Positions 11,891 through 25,417 are shown, counted from the stretch's first letter. The stretch is 64,000 nucleotides of DNA from Octopus sinensis (GCF_006345805.1 NC_043011.1:48868464-48932463), one strand, 5' to 3'. The notes: generated by a model not told the origin, from the letters alone. Made by a program: numbers and translations.

Positions 11891-11926
11891 GTTTCTGATG
11901 AAGAGTTCTGCTTGAAATGTTAAATC
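11891..11926 (+). ncRNA. Degenerate minimal hammerhead core
   Basis: GTTT CTGATGA a GAGT tct GCTT GAAA tGTT AAAT. It becomes canonical (GAGC/GCTC, GAAACGTT, GTTT/AAAC) after reverting several C>T changes. Confidence 0.45.
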
Positions 11927-12012
11927 CTCCTTCTTTCTTTCCTTCCTGAGCATCCAATAACACTATACTTGTTCCATGTCCTCGCATTGTTGTGTTTTCA
12001 TATTTGGATTAA

Positions 12013-12045
<33 letters not shown>

Positions 12046-12046
12046 A

Positions 12047-12360
12047 GTGCAGGAGTGGCTGTGTGGTAAGAAGCTTTCCCAATGTGCCACTGCATGTCAC
12101 ATCTGGAAAGTGTCCCTTACTACAGCCTTGGGCCGACCAAATCCTTTTGAGTGGATTTGGTAGACGGAAACTGAAAGATGCCGGTTGCAGATACATATGT
12201 ATATATATATGTATGTGTGTGCTTGATATTTGTGTCTGGGTTTGTCCCCCGCCCCATCGCTTGACAGCCAATGTTGGTGTGTTCACATCTCTGTCACTAA
12301 GCCGTTCAGCAAAAGGTCCTGATAAAATAAATACTAGGCTTACATTGAATATGTCCCAGG
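12047..12360 (+). mobile_element. SINE family B, 3'-truncated
   Basis: gtgcaggagtggctgtgtggtaagaagc...gagtggatttggtagacggaaactgaaag. Confidence 0.8.
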
Positions 12361-12610
12361 GACGTAAACACACCGACAATGGTTGTCAAGCAATGGTGGT
12401 GGGGTGGACAAACACAGACACAAATAACTAAAACATACATAAGTATACAACGGGCTTCTTTTAGTTTCCATCTACCAAATCCACTCACAAGGCTTTGGGC
12501 TACCCGAGGTTATAGTAGAAGAGACTTGCTCAAGGTGCCATGCAGTGGGGCTGAACCCGGAACCTTGTGGCTGGGAAGCAAGCTTCTTACCACACAGCCA
12601 CTCCTGAACC
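12361..12610 (-). mobile_element. SINE family B, 3'-truncated, inverted and abutting the previous copy
   Basis: Ends cttcttaccacacagccactcctg. Confidence 0.8.
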
Positions 12611-13187
12611 TATGTATATATAAACATAGTTATATATAACCATATTTAAATATGCATATATGTATATATATATATATATCGATAGATAGATATGCATAGC
12701 ACCATACACATACGCTCATGTATGCTTTGAAATACTTAGGCAACATTGCCATGCTTATTCATATATGGAAAATATTTTCATATCCTCAGTAACTACTCAA
12801 AAACAGCAAACTTATCAGTGCCTTAGATGCTATTTCATAAATACGCCATCCGTTCTCTTTCTTTATAAATTTCCATTGACACATATTCACTCAACGTCAT
12901 CTTCATTTTATCCATTCAATTCATGTCCTTTGAATCAAGCGACACAGATTTATGAAGGAAGCACATGTCTGGATTATTAGTATAACTACGTTGTCTGTGT
13001 CTAGACAGCTATCTAAGATCTTAAACGTTTTCAGATTTAAGGTGCCATTTGGCTAGAATCTGTGAGCGAAATATATAATTTTTTTTTTTGTTTTTATTTT
13101 ATTCCGTGAATAATGATGATGAGAAAATATCATTGCTGGAATTTCATTGATTTATTTATTTATTTACATTTATGTATATCATATTTT

Positions 13188-13440
13188 GTGGAGGCGCGTA
13201 GCTTTGTGGTTAAGGTGTCAGCATCATGATCGTAAGATTGTGGTTTTGATTCCTTGACCATGCAACGCGTTGTGTTCTTGAGCAAAACACTTCAATTTGC
13301 ATTGCTCCAGTCCACTCAGATGACAAATATGAGTAAAACTGAGATGGACTGGCGTCCCATCCAGCTGGGGAACACATACGCCATTGAAACCGGGAAACCG
13401 GGCCCATGAACCTGGCTAGGCTTTAAAAGGGCGCATTTAT
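13188..13440 (+). mobile_element. tRNA-derived SINE family E
   Basis: gtggaggcgcgtagctttgtggttaagg...ttttgattcc...tgtgttcttgagcaaaacacttc...ctccagtccactcag. Related copies lie at 17362, 37545, 50944, 55735 and 55990. Confidence 0.7.
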
Positions 13441-13654
13441 TTTATTATATCATATTTTTGTGAAAATTATCAGTTTTGGTTATGATTTTCCAATAATTTC
13501 ACCTCATTCCGGCCATGACAATGTCAAGAGAGTCACTGTGGGTCATGGCAGAACTAATGAAATCAAAGACTTTGCTGAAAAAAAGCCCCAGATTTTGAGT
13601 TTCCGCATCAATACATTTCATATAAATAAATAAATAAACAAGTATATACTTTTT

Positions 13655-14082
13655 TATTCTTTTACTTGTTTCGGTCATTTGACTGTGGCCATGCTGGGGC
13701 ACCACCTTGTAGGGGTTGAGTCCAAGTAAACGATGTCAGGACTCATTCTTTATAAGCCTAGTACTTATTCTGTGGTACTCTTTTGTTGAACTGCTAAGTT
13801 ACGGAGACATAAACACACCAACTTCGGTTCTCAAGTGACAGTGAGGGAAAAACAGACACACACACGCATAAATATATACATGCACACACACACACACACA
13901 TATAAATATACACACCACACACACATAAGGAGCTTCTTTCAGTTTCTGTCTACCAAATCGACTCACAAGGCTTTGGTTGGCCTGAGGCTATAGTAGGAGA
14001 CATTTGGTCAAGATGCCATGCAGTGGGACTGAATACAGGACCATGTAGTTGGGAAGCAAACTTCTTACCATGTAGCCACATC
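13655..14082 (-). mobile_element. SINE family B, near full length
   Basis: tcttttacttgtttcggtcatttgactgtggccatgctgg ... cttcttaccatgtagccac. Confidence 0.8.
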
Positions 14083-14386
14083 TTTTTTGTATCTATATAA
14101 AAGAATATTAGAAAACTTGGATTTAGATAATCAAGAGGCATTCACAGTAAGCTCCTCACACAGAATTGGCTATCAGTTATCACTTATTATGTAGTATAAT
14201 ACAATATATCCATGCAGCCAACGATACAGGAAATTCTAACAGTAAATTTTTTTGTATGGGGAGTAAATAAAGTATAAAGTCAGGAGATATGAGAGGTGAA
14301 GGTTAAACATGGTGATAATTACGTGGAAGACATACAGAAGAATTAAGTCTTTATTCAACTCTTGCACCTCCCAATTTTATAATATA

Positions 14387-14853
14387 TGAGGGGGTACTGA
14401 AAAGTTTTTAGCTTTAGGTAAAAGAAAATACAGGATGATTTAAGGCAGTGAGCTGGCAGAAAGGTTAGCGTGCCAGGCAACATGCTTAGTGATATTTCGT
14501 CTGTCACTACGTTCTGAGTTCAAATTCCACTGAGGTCAGCTTTGCCTTTCATCCTTTCGGGGTCAATAAATAAAGTACCAGTTACGCACTGGGGTCGATG
14601 TAATCGACTCAATCCCTTTGTCTGTCCTTGTTTGTCCCCTCTATGTTTAGCCCCTTATGGGCAATAAAGAAATAAGAAAATACAAGATGATCAGGTAATT
14701 ATGATTTCATTCAACATATTCCCCTCTCAGATTTACACACTTATTGCAGTATTCTTTCAGCTTTTCTAAGCCTTGTAAAAGAACTCTGAAGATTGGGCCT
14801 CAGACCAGGTCTTTTGTAATACCCTTAAAGCTAAGGACTTTTAGCATCCCTCA
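14387..14853. mobile_element. mariner-type MITE hosting a SINE C
   Basis: TA|TGAGGGGGTACTGAAAAGTTTTTAGCTTTA ... TAAAGCTAAGGACTTTTAGCATCCCTCA|TA. An uninterrupted copy lies inverted at 25433-25642. Confidence 0.8.
14440..14673 (+). mobile_element. SINE family C, full length, ~18 bp TSD
   Basis: aagaaaataca(g/a)gatgat at 14422-14439 and 14674-14691. B-box gagttcaaattcc. Confidence 0.85.
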
Positions 14854-16436
14854 TACAAAGAAGTCACATAGCAAAAAATAAGTCTTCATTCATCTCACAC
14901 CAGACTTTATACTAGATATATATATATATATAAGGTACAATGTATGGATTCAATTATTCCAGTAGTACTAATAAAAAAGCTCCTTAATGCATCATTCTAT
15001 AAAACATATAGAACATGTAGTAATATACAAGAGAAAACGATAGGGAGTGTATAAAGTCTTAAATGACAGAAAAATAGTTTGAAGAAATTTTATTTAACAA
15101 TAATGAAATTCTAATGTCACAACAAATTGTTTCATGAATTAAAACATGTAAATAACTTATAATATTATATTTGTTAAAAACAAAATTACATTCCTGCATT
15201 AATGCAAAATGCAAAAGATCCTTCAAAATAAGGCAGAATATAGGCTGCATTCCTATACATACATAAAAACGTGTGTGTGCGTGATAGATTTATACGTATA
15301 TACACACATAAACATGCCAAAACTAACAATCAAATACAGTAACAACTGAAAGGAATACATGCCAAAGTTTAAAGAGGTTTTGAAGCTAATTTCAGAAATC
15401 ATCAAAGACACCATATACCACAGAGCCATAGTTTTGCAATTGAAATCTTTAATGTTTCAGGAAAATAATTATTATATTTCAAAATTCCTTGCATCAAGTC
15501 ACACTCAATGACAAAGTTTTAGTTCTGACTGCTAAATCAATGCTTGCATCATTTCTCAAAGCATCCTACTTTTTATTATCATTATTAGTTTTTCCTTACC
15601 ATTTTCGACTTTTCTTTTAAATCCTGAAGCTTCTTTATCTTTGTGTCAATATTTTGATCGTTATCTTCATGCTCCCATTGTTCTCCTTTTAATAATATTT
15701 TCTCTCCTTCTTGTAAGATTTCTGATTGTTTTAGAGTTTGTATAACATTGTGTAACATACCATTGCACTTTTCTAACTCATTCTTTTTGTTTCCCTTCCT
15801 TTTTTCTTTTTCTTTTTTCTTTCATATTTTTCTTCAAATTTTCATCAATCTTTCATGTTCAATCTCCTCCAAGTCAAAACAAATTCAGTTCAATATATTA
15901 CAAATATTCAGTACCAAATTTTTACTCTTTACTTTCAACCTCATTGATTCTGAACTGTGTTGGTGAAAAATTTTTAATTTTACAACTTTATATAATTTTT
16001 TTTTCTGTTTATACCATTTTTATAATTATTTTAATCAATTTTCTTTCGCTATGGAATTAAAACACAAGTTGTTCTCTTTTCGTTATCTTTTCGTAAAACC
16101 TTGTCAGATTTCTGGTCACTTTTTGTTTTTGTTTTGTCTCATGTTATTGTTGTGTATCATGTTTTTTTTTGTCTTTCTCACACTTTGGGTTTTGTGGATT
16201 TTTATTCCATATATTTTTAGTCAATATGGTGATTGAAAAGTGAGATGGGTAGACAACTAGAATCAATCCATCATCTTGTTATCCTCCCACTAGGAAGCAT
16301 TGAACTCAACAATGTTAAGTTATAAAAACACTTATAAATGCTATTCAGCTTTCTGCAATTTATAAAAGTTACACTTATGTATGGTACCTAGTTTAATGGA
16401 GTGAACTACTAAGAGTTTTATAAATGAAGTTTATTA

Positions 16437-16875
16437 CAAGATGGTATCGGAAAATTCCCAGACTAGCTCTGTAGCACGCCAACAGATGGCAGCACATAGT
16501 TATGTGCAGAGTGAGAGCTAGCAGTGATCTTCATGAGGCAGTGTGCTGAGTGACATTGCTATGTTTACTTCACAAGTTGTGTAATTTGTGTTTTTGTGAT
16601 CACATGTATGCTGTAGTCTGTGATTTTGTCATGGACAGGAACAAAGAGCCAATATCAAATTTTACATTAAACTTGGGAAGTCTGCTACAGAGACATTGAG
16701 CATGCTTTGGTAAGCGTAAGGCGATGGCACAATGGGTCGTACACAATGATTCAGATAGCATGGGCACTTCAAAATCTGAAGAACATCTCGGGAAGACGAT
16801 GAGCAATCTGAAAGACTTGCCACAAGTACTACCCCTAGGAATGTGGTATTGTGCATCACAAATTCTTTCCCCGAT
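16437..16875 (+). mobile_element. mariner transposon fossil (left end plus N-terminal transposase)
   Basis: Starts TA|CAAGATGGTATCGGAAAATTCCCAGACT. Translates EQRANIKFYIKLGKSATETLSML...EDDEQSER with stops, then GIVHHKF. The same left end is at 60479. Confidence 0.8.
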
Positions 16876-16883
16876 ATTTACTG

Positions 16884-17200
16884 GAGGCTATAGTAGAAGA
16901 CACTTGCACAGGGTGCCACTTAGTGGGACTGAACCGGAACCATGTGGTTGGAAAGGAATCTTCTTACCACACAGCCACTCCTGCACCTATGATATGTATG
17001 TATGTATGTATGTATGTGTTTGTCCCCTCACCATCGCTTGACAACCGATGTTGGTGTGTTTATATCCCTGCAACTTAATGGCTCGGCAAAAGAGACTGAT
17101 AATGTAAGTACTAGGCTTACTCCTGGAGTCGATTTGTGCAACTAAAGGTGGTGCTCCAGTATGCCTGCTGTCAGATGACTGACACGAGTAACAGAATAGA
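16884..17200. mobile_element. SINE family B with its 5' part inverted relative to its 3' part
   Basis: Head on minus (16884-16990), body and tail on plus (~17015-17200). Confidence 0.7.
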
Positions 17201-17361
17201 GTATGCCCCAGAATAGAAGAGGACCATAATCTGGTGAAGCATGACATATAACATGCGAAGAACAACCTGATGAGAAGCTTTGACTCTTTTATCTGAAAGC
17301 ATTCCTCAAATTCTTCAATTCAGTGTTCAATACCATGCAATTATTATTTGAGAGTAATCAA

Positions 17362-17677
17362 GCACCCCCTTCGATCATGAAGGACCATGGGATTGCACCT
17401 ACGAAGTTACCCTCTGAGGCACAAGTCCGGGCAAGATTGTTTAATGAAGACCAGCAGTCATCCATGCATACAAGCCTCCCTTCTCCATGCCACCAGTGTT
17501 ATCCAAGGGAAAGGCAAAGGGGCTGCAACAGCTTGGCACCCAGTGACGTTACAATTCATTTCTACAGCTGAGTGAAGTGGAGCAACGTGAAATAAAGTGT
17601 CTTGCTCAAAAACACAACATGCAGCCCGGTCCAGGAATCGAACTCACAACCTCACGATCGTAAGTTCGACGCTCTAA
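17362..17677 (-). mobile_element. SINE family E
   Basis: gaccatgggattgcacct...tctacagctgagtgaagtggagcaacgtgaaataaagtgtcttgctc...ggaatcgaactc. Confidence 0.75.
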
Positions 17678-18049
17678 TATTGCAAAATATCACTCCAATA
17701 TCCAGAATATTGCAAGTATAGTAAGAAGCAGAAGGCTCAAAAGCTAGATATGAGAATCTACTAATTGAATAAAAAATGATATGGAAAATGCATTATCTGC
17801 CAATGTAGGTCATACAATTACATTTTACACAGGTAAAAATAAATAAATGAATAAATAAATAAATGAATAAATTAATAAATAAAATTCTTTGATTAACCAC
17901 GATATGCAGATCAGGTCAACGTTTTCAAAAATTTGCTTGAGAATCAAAAGATGTTGGGAAGAACTGTAGCATTACTTTAGGCAACAACACTGAATAAAAA
18001 TGGGTCAACTTACTTTCATCTCTGTTCCTCACTCACACATACAGACATA

Positions 18050-18091
<42 letters not shown>

Positions 18092-18254
18092 CTCTCTCTC
18101 TCATGCATACACAGACACCAAAATAAAAACAAAAATTCATATCCAACACTCCAGTTCAGTTAAAATAACTGAATTCATTTCGATAATGTTGTTGCTTAGT
18201 AACCAAAGAATTTCAAAGTGGTCAGTCATTACGCTGAAGAAAGGAGTCAAATAT

Positions 18255-18432
18255 ACCTCTGCCGTTACGTTCTGAGTTCAAATTCCACCGAGGTCGACTT
18301 TGCCTTTCATCCCTTCGGGGTCGATAAATTAAGTACCAGTTACGCACTGGGGTTGATGGAATCGACTTAATCGCTTTGTCTGTCCTTGTTTGTCCCCTCT
18401 GTGTTTAGCCCCTTGTGGATAGTAAAGAAATA
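18255..18432 (+). mobile_element. SINE family C, 5'-truncated
   Basis: tacgttctgagttcaaattccaccgaggtcgactttgcc. Confidence 0.8.
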
Positions 18433-18494
18433 TATACCTCAAATTTCTTACTTCCACCATAAACAAAAATAAATAAAAAAACAAAAAAAAAAGG

Positions 18495-18870
18495 GCCAGA
18501 TCCATCCAATGGAATAATAGAGTTCTTGTTCAGAAAATACAAAGATGAGACTCCTGGCAGTTTGCTGTGTTTGAAAAGACAGGTCAAGCTAAGTAAAAGC
18601 ATGCAGGCTCCTCCCCTACAACCCTCTCCAGCTGAGCATCCCTGATCTTGTGGGCTCATATATGCTGGTTCCATGTAAATAGCACCAGTGCTGGTGCTAC
18701 GTAAAGGCACCCAGTACACTGTAAATTGGTTGATGTCAGGAAGGTAATCCAGCCATAGAACCATGCCAAAACAGACATGGAACTTGAATAGCCCTTGTGC
18801 TGGGCAGCTCTTTCCAAACCGTCCAACCCATGCCAGCATGGAAAACGGACGTTAAGGGATGATGATGAGA
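18495..18870 (+). mobile_element. RTE LINE 3' end (last codons plus family A UTR)
   Basis: tggcagtttgctgtgtttgaaaagac translates WQFAVFEKT and is followed by the family A tail and gatgatgat. Confidence 0.55.
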
Positions 18871-19389
18871 TGGCTAAGGGTTGCTGTCTTTCATTCTAAG
18901 TATGCTTGATGAGGGTTGATTTGTATACGAGTACCAAATATCTTATCCATAATCCAGAAATCCAGAATTACCAGAAATCTAGCAAGCTTTGCATTTTGTG
19001 GGCTTTTTTTGAATTTTTGAATTTCTGAATATTTTGGAATTCTGAATTTTTTAATTTTTTAGAATTTTGAATTTTTTAATTTTGAATTTTTTTGAATTTT
19101 GAATTTTTTTGAATTTTGAATTTTTTTGAATTTTGTATTTTTGAATTTGTGAATATTTTTGAATTTTTGAATTCTTGAATTTTTTTGAATTTTGAATTTT
19201 TTTGAATTATGAATTTTTGAATTTTTTTGATGTTTGAATTTTTGAAGTTCACCATGCTGTTGCTGTGTTTTTATTTCTGTGGTGCCTATATCACATGATG
19301 CCAGTTCCTGTGTGACAGCTGCTGTGTGGACACCCTTCTCTCACAGTTTAGTTATTTGTCTTAATTTATCATAATTTTTATTTATCATC

Positions 19390-19895
19390 ATGTCTAAAAG
19401 GCCAGCACAAGGGCAGCTTGTTAGTGGAAACCTGAAAAGAAAACATTTAATGCTCAGCATAGCAAAGAAAGTAAAGTTACTTAAGAGACTCAATAAAGGT
19501 GCTTCCGCACAAATTTTGAGTGAGGAATATGGTGTTGGTATGTCTACTGTCGTGGAGGCACATGGCCTAGTGGTTAGAGCAGCGGACTCGCGGTCGAGGG
19601 ATCACAGGTTCAAATTTCAGACCAGGCAATATGTGTGTTTATGAGCAAAACACCTAAGCTCCACGTGGCTCTGGCAGAGGGTAATGGTGAACTTCTGCTG
19701 ACTCTTTCACCACAACTTTCTCTCACTCTTTCCTCCTGCATTTTACAGCTCACCTGCAAAGGACTGGCATCCCATCCATGTGGGGAACTTATATGGCATG
19801 GAAACCAGGAAACTGGTCCTTATGAGCCAGACATAGCTTGAGAAGGAACAAATATGTCTACTGTCTATGATATCAGGATCCAGAAAGAACATTTA
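19390..19895 (+). pseudogene. CENP-B/Tigger/Jerky-like HTH N-terminus of a transposase, split by a SINE
   Basis: MSKRP...KRKHLMLSIAKKVKLLKRLNKGASAQILSEEYGVGMSTV continues as YDIRIQKEHL once the SINE and one TSD copy are removed. Confidence 0.8.
19552..19852 (+). mobile_element. tRNA(Arg)-like-headed SINE family D, 13 bp TSD
   Basis: tatgtctactgtc at 19539-19551 and 19853-19865. Head gtggaggcacatggcctagtggttagagcagcggactcgcggtc. Confidence 0.85.
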
Positions 19896-20989
19896 TACTT
19901 TCGGTATATATTTACCTGTGTCCAGAAATCTGGAAAATCCAGAAATTCAGAACACCTCAGGTTCCTAGGTTACCGGATGAGAGGTTTGGTACTTGTATAA
20001 AACACTTATGAGCAGGTGGAAGCGGGGGGTAAGAAGCTTGCTTCCCAACCACATGGATCTGGATTCAATCCAAGTGCATGGCACCCACTTTTGGCAAGTG
20101 TCTTCTACTATATCCCCACACCGATCAATTTTGTATAATCAACAAGATATAAATTTTGAATTAATGAGTTGTAATCTAACAAATATGGTCAATATTAATA
20201 TGGTTTATGTTATAGAATGCTTGAATGATGTGAGGGATTTGCTCACATCTGATACAGCAGCTGCAGGCAGGAAGAGGCCTCATGGCAGGCTCTGGGACCA
20301 CAGCCAATGGAGAGCACTAGTGGACCTGGTCAGCTCTATGCACGATGATATCTGTTAGACCAGTAACCTAGGAACAACCCCCATCTTCATCAAGCAAGCA
20401 AGCTTGAATGATGCAAAACAAATTCGGTTCCATAAGGAATTGAACTCACATGAAAGGAATAACTAAATTCCACGTATCATTTTGTGGGTTACATTATTGT
20501 GGTGTAATAGAAATGGTTTGAATAATGATAATGCTAGCAGATCAATGGTTTGAAAATGCTGATGAAGATGACAGGAAAACCATGCTGATGTTCACTTAAG
20601 CTCTCTTTGTAGGCAGAATAGTGGCAAGATATCTTGTCCTCTTATCTGTGGTCAGTGACCTGTAAAGCCTATTAGGGTGATCTCCTTTATTTTTTTTTTC
20701 TGTGTGATAAATAAACCAAGTTGTATTCAGAATTGTTTAATGTTCTGTATTGAAAGGCTTAAAATCTATAGTTTAGCTATAATAAAGTTATCAGAGGTTT
20801 TTTAACACATGGTATCGGGCAGGAAATATTTGTTAGTTTTATGATTATATTTATGCATAAATACATATTTATATACATATACATAACACACATATTCACA
20901 TATGCACACACACACATATATATATGCATATATACATATATATATACACATACACACATATATATATATACATATATATACATATAAAC

Positions 20990-21003
20990 ATATATAGATA
21001 TAC

Positions 21004-21034
<31 letters not shown>

Positions 21035-21159
21035 CATACATATATATATATATACATATATGTAAACATATACATATATATATACATATATGTAAACATA
21101 TACATATATATATATAAGCACATGCTATATATATATATTTATATATATATATATATATT

Positions 21160-21196
<37 letters not shown>

Positions 21197-21784
21197 CATA
21201 CACATATACATAACATCCAGAAAGAGAGAGATATATAACAAAATAAACATACACAAATACAAATATACATGCATAACACACATGAATGCACACACACATA
21301 CACTCACATACACACACACATGCCAGAGCACACACCCACCCACACACACACATATATTGATAATCTGAAAATATGAAGAAAAGGTAAATGCCTTATTGTT
21401 TGCTTTCATCACACAACGTAACGAGGAACACAACTGAAATGCTCTTCTGTATTTAAAAATCTCCTAACATCATAGTTCATGTTGCTAATGTTGTTTATTA
21501 TTCTTGTTTTTGTTGCAATTGTTGTCCTATTTTCGTTATTTCAATCCACTCCACCTTTTTATTTGCCATTCCCTTTCTAAAATAACCGGTGTGTTTAAAA
21601 GGCAAACCTTATTGATGTTACACTAATAGATCCCAGTTTTATATTTCTGAAATCTTTGTTGTGCCAGCCATTTTCTCATACAGTTCTATATATATATATA
21701 TATATATAACATATATATATATATACACATACACACATATATATATATATACATATAAACATATATAGATATACATATATATAC

Positions 21785-21819
<35 letters not shown>

Positions 21820-21947
21820 CATACATATATATATATATATCTATATACAATATGTAAACATATACATATATATATAACATATATGTAAACATATACATAT
21901 ATATATATAAGCACATGCTATATATATATTATATATATATATATATT

Positions 21948-21989
<42 letters not shown>

Positions 21990-22480
21990 CATACACATAT
22001 ACATAACATCCAGAAAGAGAGAGATATATAACAAAATAAACATACACAAATACAAATATACATGCATAACACACATGAATGCACACACACATACACTCAC
22101 ATACACACACACATGCCAGAGCACACACCCACCCACACACACATATATTGATAATCTGAAAATATGAAGAAAAGGTAAATGCCTTATTGTTTGCTTTCAT
22201 CACACAACGTAACGAGGAACACAACTGAAATGCTCTTCTGTATTTAAAAATCTCCTAACATCGTAGTTCATGTTGCTAATGTTGTTTATTATTCTTGTTT
22301 TTGTTGCAATTGTTGTCCTATTTTCGTTATTTCAATCCACTCCACCTTTTTATTTGCCATTCCCTTTCTAAAATAACCGGTGTGTTTAAAAGGCAAACCT
22401 TATTGATGTTACACTAATAGATCCCAGTTTTATAATTTCTGAAATCTTTGTTGTGCCAGCCATTTTCTCATACAGTTCTA
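20990..22480. repeat. Near-identical ~790 bp tandem duplication bounded by (TA)n
   Basis: 21121-21690 recurs at about 21914-22480 with very few substitutions. Confidence 0.9.
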
Positions 22481-22521
22481 TATATATATATATATATATA
22501 CACATATGCATATATATATAT

Positions 22522-22636
<115 letters not shown>

Positions 22637-23544
22637 GTGAGTATATATATGTGTGTGTGTGTGTATATATATATATATACAGATATATATATATATGCTC
22701 AATTTTATTTGTCTTTTTTATCTAATATTTTTGTTTTATGTGAATGTTCATTTCTAGTCTGAAATTATTAATACTCTCCTCAAAAATGATAACAAGAGCA
22801 ACAGCAACAACAACAATAATAACAACAAATGAAAAACTAAAATCAGTAACACAAAATATACACTTAAGGATGACAAATATATACATACCCATACACACAC
22901 ACACACACCGATATATATATACATATATATATATAAAGAAGAGAGAGACACATACATGCATGTAATATATATATAAGTTTAGACTTCAACATTTTAAACA
23001 GTATCAACAACAGCAACAAAAATAATTTAACAAGAAGAAGAAGAAGAAGTAGAAAAGGATATATTTTTTTTAATAAAAAATATATTTAAAATATAATTTG
23101 TCTTCACAGAAAACCCCCAGCAATTACAACAAAAGCAACAACAACTATAACGAAAGTTTCCTTTGATGAAAGGAATTGAGTCAGAATTAGCCTTAGAAAA
23201 GAAAAAAAAAAAAAACAAAGCCAACATTAAGGTAATCAATAAAGGGACACTATTGTTTCAAATGACTTTCAGATATTATAGAAGCGGTGGGAGCAGGTTA
23301 GAAGAGAGGTGATAGAGGTAGTGGAGGTGGTAGTGGTGGTGGTGGTGGTGGTGGTGGTGGTGGTTGGGGAGGTAGAGGGGCTTTCTAAAAGTTCTGATAG
23401 TGTAGGAGCGGTGGGTTCTTCTTTTCTGTTCTGATCAACCGTTTGGTGAAATGCCGATCCATTCCTTGTGAAATATTTTATTTATTCACCAGAAACAGCC
23501 ACAGAATTTCACCCCCTCTCCGCCAAAAAAGAAAACTTAATAAT

Positions 23545-23583
23545 ACTAATAATAAATAGAGATAAATAATAACAGTAGTAGCA

Positions 23584-23649
<66 letters not shown>

Positions 23650-23672
23650 TAATAATGATGATAATATAATAC

Positions 23673-23704
<32 letters not shown>

Positions 23705-23727
23705 TAATAATAATAATAATAATGATG

Positions 23728-23779
<52 letters not shown>

Positions 23780-24177
23780 GCATTAAATACACAGATAAAA
23801 GGGAGGGTTGATGTGGAATGAGGTGGGAAGAATTATTACAATCAAACATTTGCAGAAATGCCAATCCATTCCTTATGAAACATCAAATTTATTTACTTTC
23901 CATAGAGTTGGCCCAGTGTGGTTGCGGTGATGCTGGTGGTAGTGGTGGTAGAAAGTGGATTTTTGTTTTCTGCCATTTATTTTTCACAATGTTCAATGTC
24001 ATGCGGAATATATCGTGTGAAATAAAATTCGAAAATGTGAAATGCTAAAAATACAACTAAAGAAAGAAAGAAATGAAACTAAAATTAAAAATAAAAAGAA
24101 ATACAAAAAAACACTCAGAAAAATGATAACTTTGATTTATGACAACTGACAAATAAAAGTTGGCGTAATGCTTTCGT

Positions 24178-24212
<35 letters not shown>

Positions 24213-24314
24213 AAATAATAGTAATAATAAAGATAATAATGATGGTGATGATGCTGTGGAAAAGGAGGAGAAAGGAGTGAAGAAAGAGGATTTCCTTTAT
24301 GAATTTATTTGTAT

Positions 24315-24365
<51 letters not shown>

Positions 24366-24382
24366 GCAATAATAATAATAGC

Positions 24383-24447
<65 letters not shown>

Positions 24448-24471
24448 TTATTATTATTATCATTATTATTA

Positions 24472-24506
<35 letters not shown>

Positions 24507-24515
24507 GTTATTATG
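23545..24515. repeat. (AAT)n tracts, including an (AAT)n-(TAT)n inversion at 24317-24510
   Basis: Directly visible. Confidence 0.9.
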
Positions 24516-24714
24516 TTTACTTGCCACTGTGTGTTAGTGAACTAGATTTTCCTCTCAGGAAATGTAAAACACGATGTTAATATTTAAATGTAATATTTAT
24601 CCCCACTTAAATATGGATGCTCTGTTAGAACAAGCTATACTGTTGTAGATACCATGAGAGAAACACTCTTGTTTATATCACAAGCAGGGACATAAATCCT
24701 CACCACTTCCACAA

Positions 24715-25417
24715 CCATCAACATCATCATGATCATCACTTAACATCCATGTTCAACAACAGCATGGGTTGGACAGTTTGACAGGTTCAGATAGTTCCAA
24801 GGACATTTGTTCATATACATGCATTTAGTTCTTCAAAATGAGTTTCACAGAGATGGATGAGTCTTTTCAAGAACCTCATATCACCAAATATCCTGGACAT
24901 TTGTCATCTTTATCTAAGGTCCAAGGTTCAGAGATCAGCCTTCACCACTTCATCACATCTTCCTGGGTCTCCCTTTTCCTCAAGTTCCAACCACATTTAG
25001 AAATCAGCATGTCTTGATACAATCATCTTCATCCATACACATCACAGGTCCATACCAGTGCAATCTTCTTTCTTGTATATTACATCTGATTCCTCTTACA
25101 CCCAGCTTTTCTCTCGGTACATTTATACGGCACTTAAATTCCACATCTTACAGAGTAAGCTAACTTCATTTCTTTCAAGTCTTCTCAAGCCCTCTACAGT
25201 CAAAGCCCATATCTCACTACCCTGCAGGATTGCAGTTCTAGTATAATGTCTCACAAACTGACCTTCACTCTATGAGAAAAGCCCTTTATTGGCAACAGTA
25301 GCAGTAGCTCCTTAAACTTTCACCAACCCATTCTTACTCAGCTTACTATATACTTGGAGCAACCGCTTCCTTCATTCATTACATTTTCTTGGTAACAAAA
25401 GCCATCAACTACTTCTA
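24715..25417 (-). mobile_element. RTE-clade LINE 3' remnant (post-RT C-terminus, degraded)
   Basis: The minus strand gives LEVVDGFCY..., KFKELLLLL..., RRLERNE..., REKLGVRGIRCNIQERRLHWYGPVMCMDED...GKGRPRK with stops and frameshifts. It ends in a family A-type tail. Confidence 0.8.

Larger units (their letters stand above)
18928..19995 (+). mobile_element. Tigger/pogo-type internally deleted DNA transposon
   Basis: TA|CGAGTACCAAATATCTTATCC ... GGATGAGAGGTTTGGTACTTG|TA (17 of 21 TIR positions match). An internal (TTTTGAA)-like array spans 19005-19245. Confidence 0.85.

Noticed and set aside
15590-15850. Lys/Glu-rich coiled-coil-like minus-strand frame
   Set aside because: It is a purine-biased low-complexity stretch with nearby stops and no recognisable domain.
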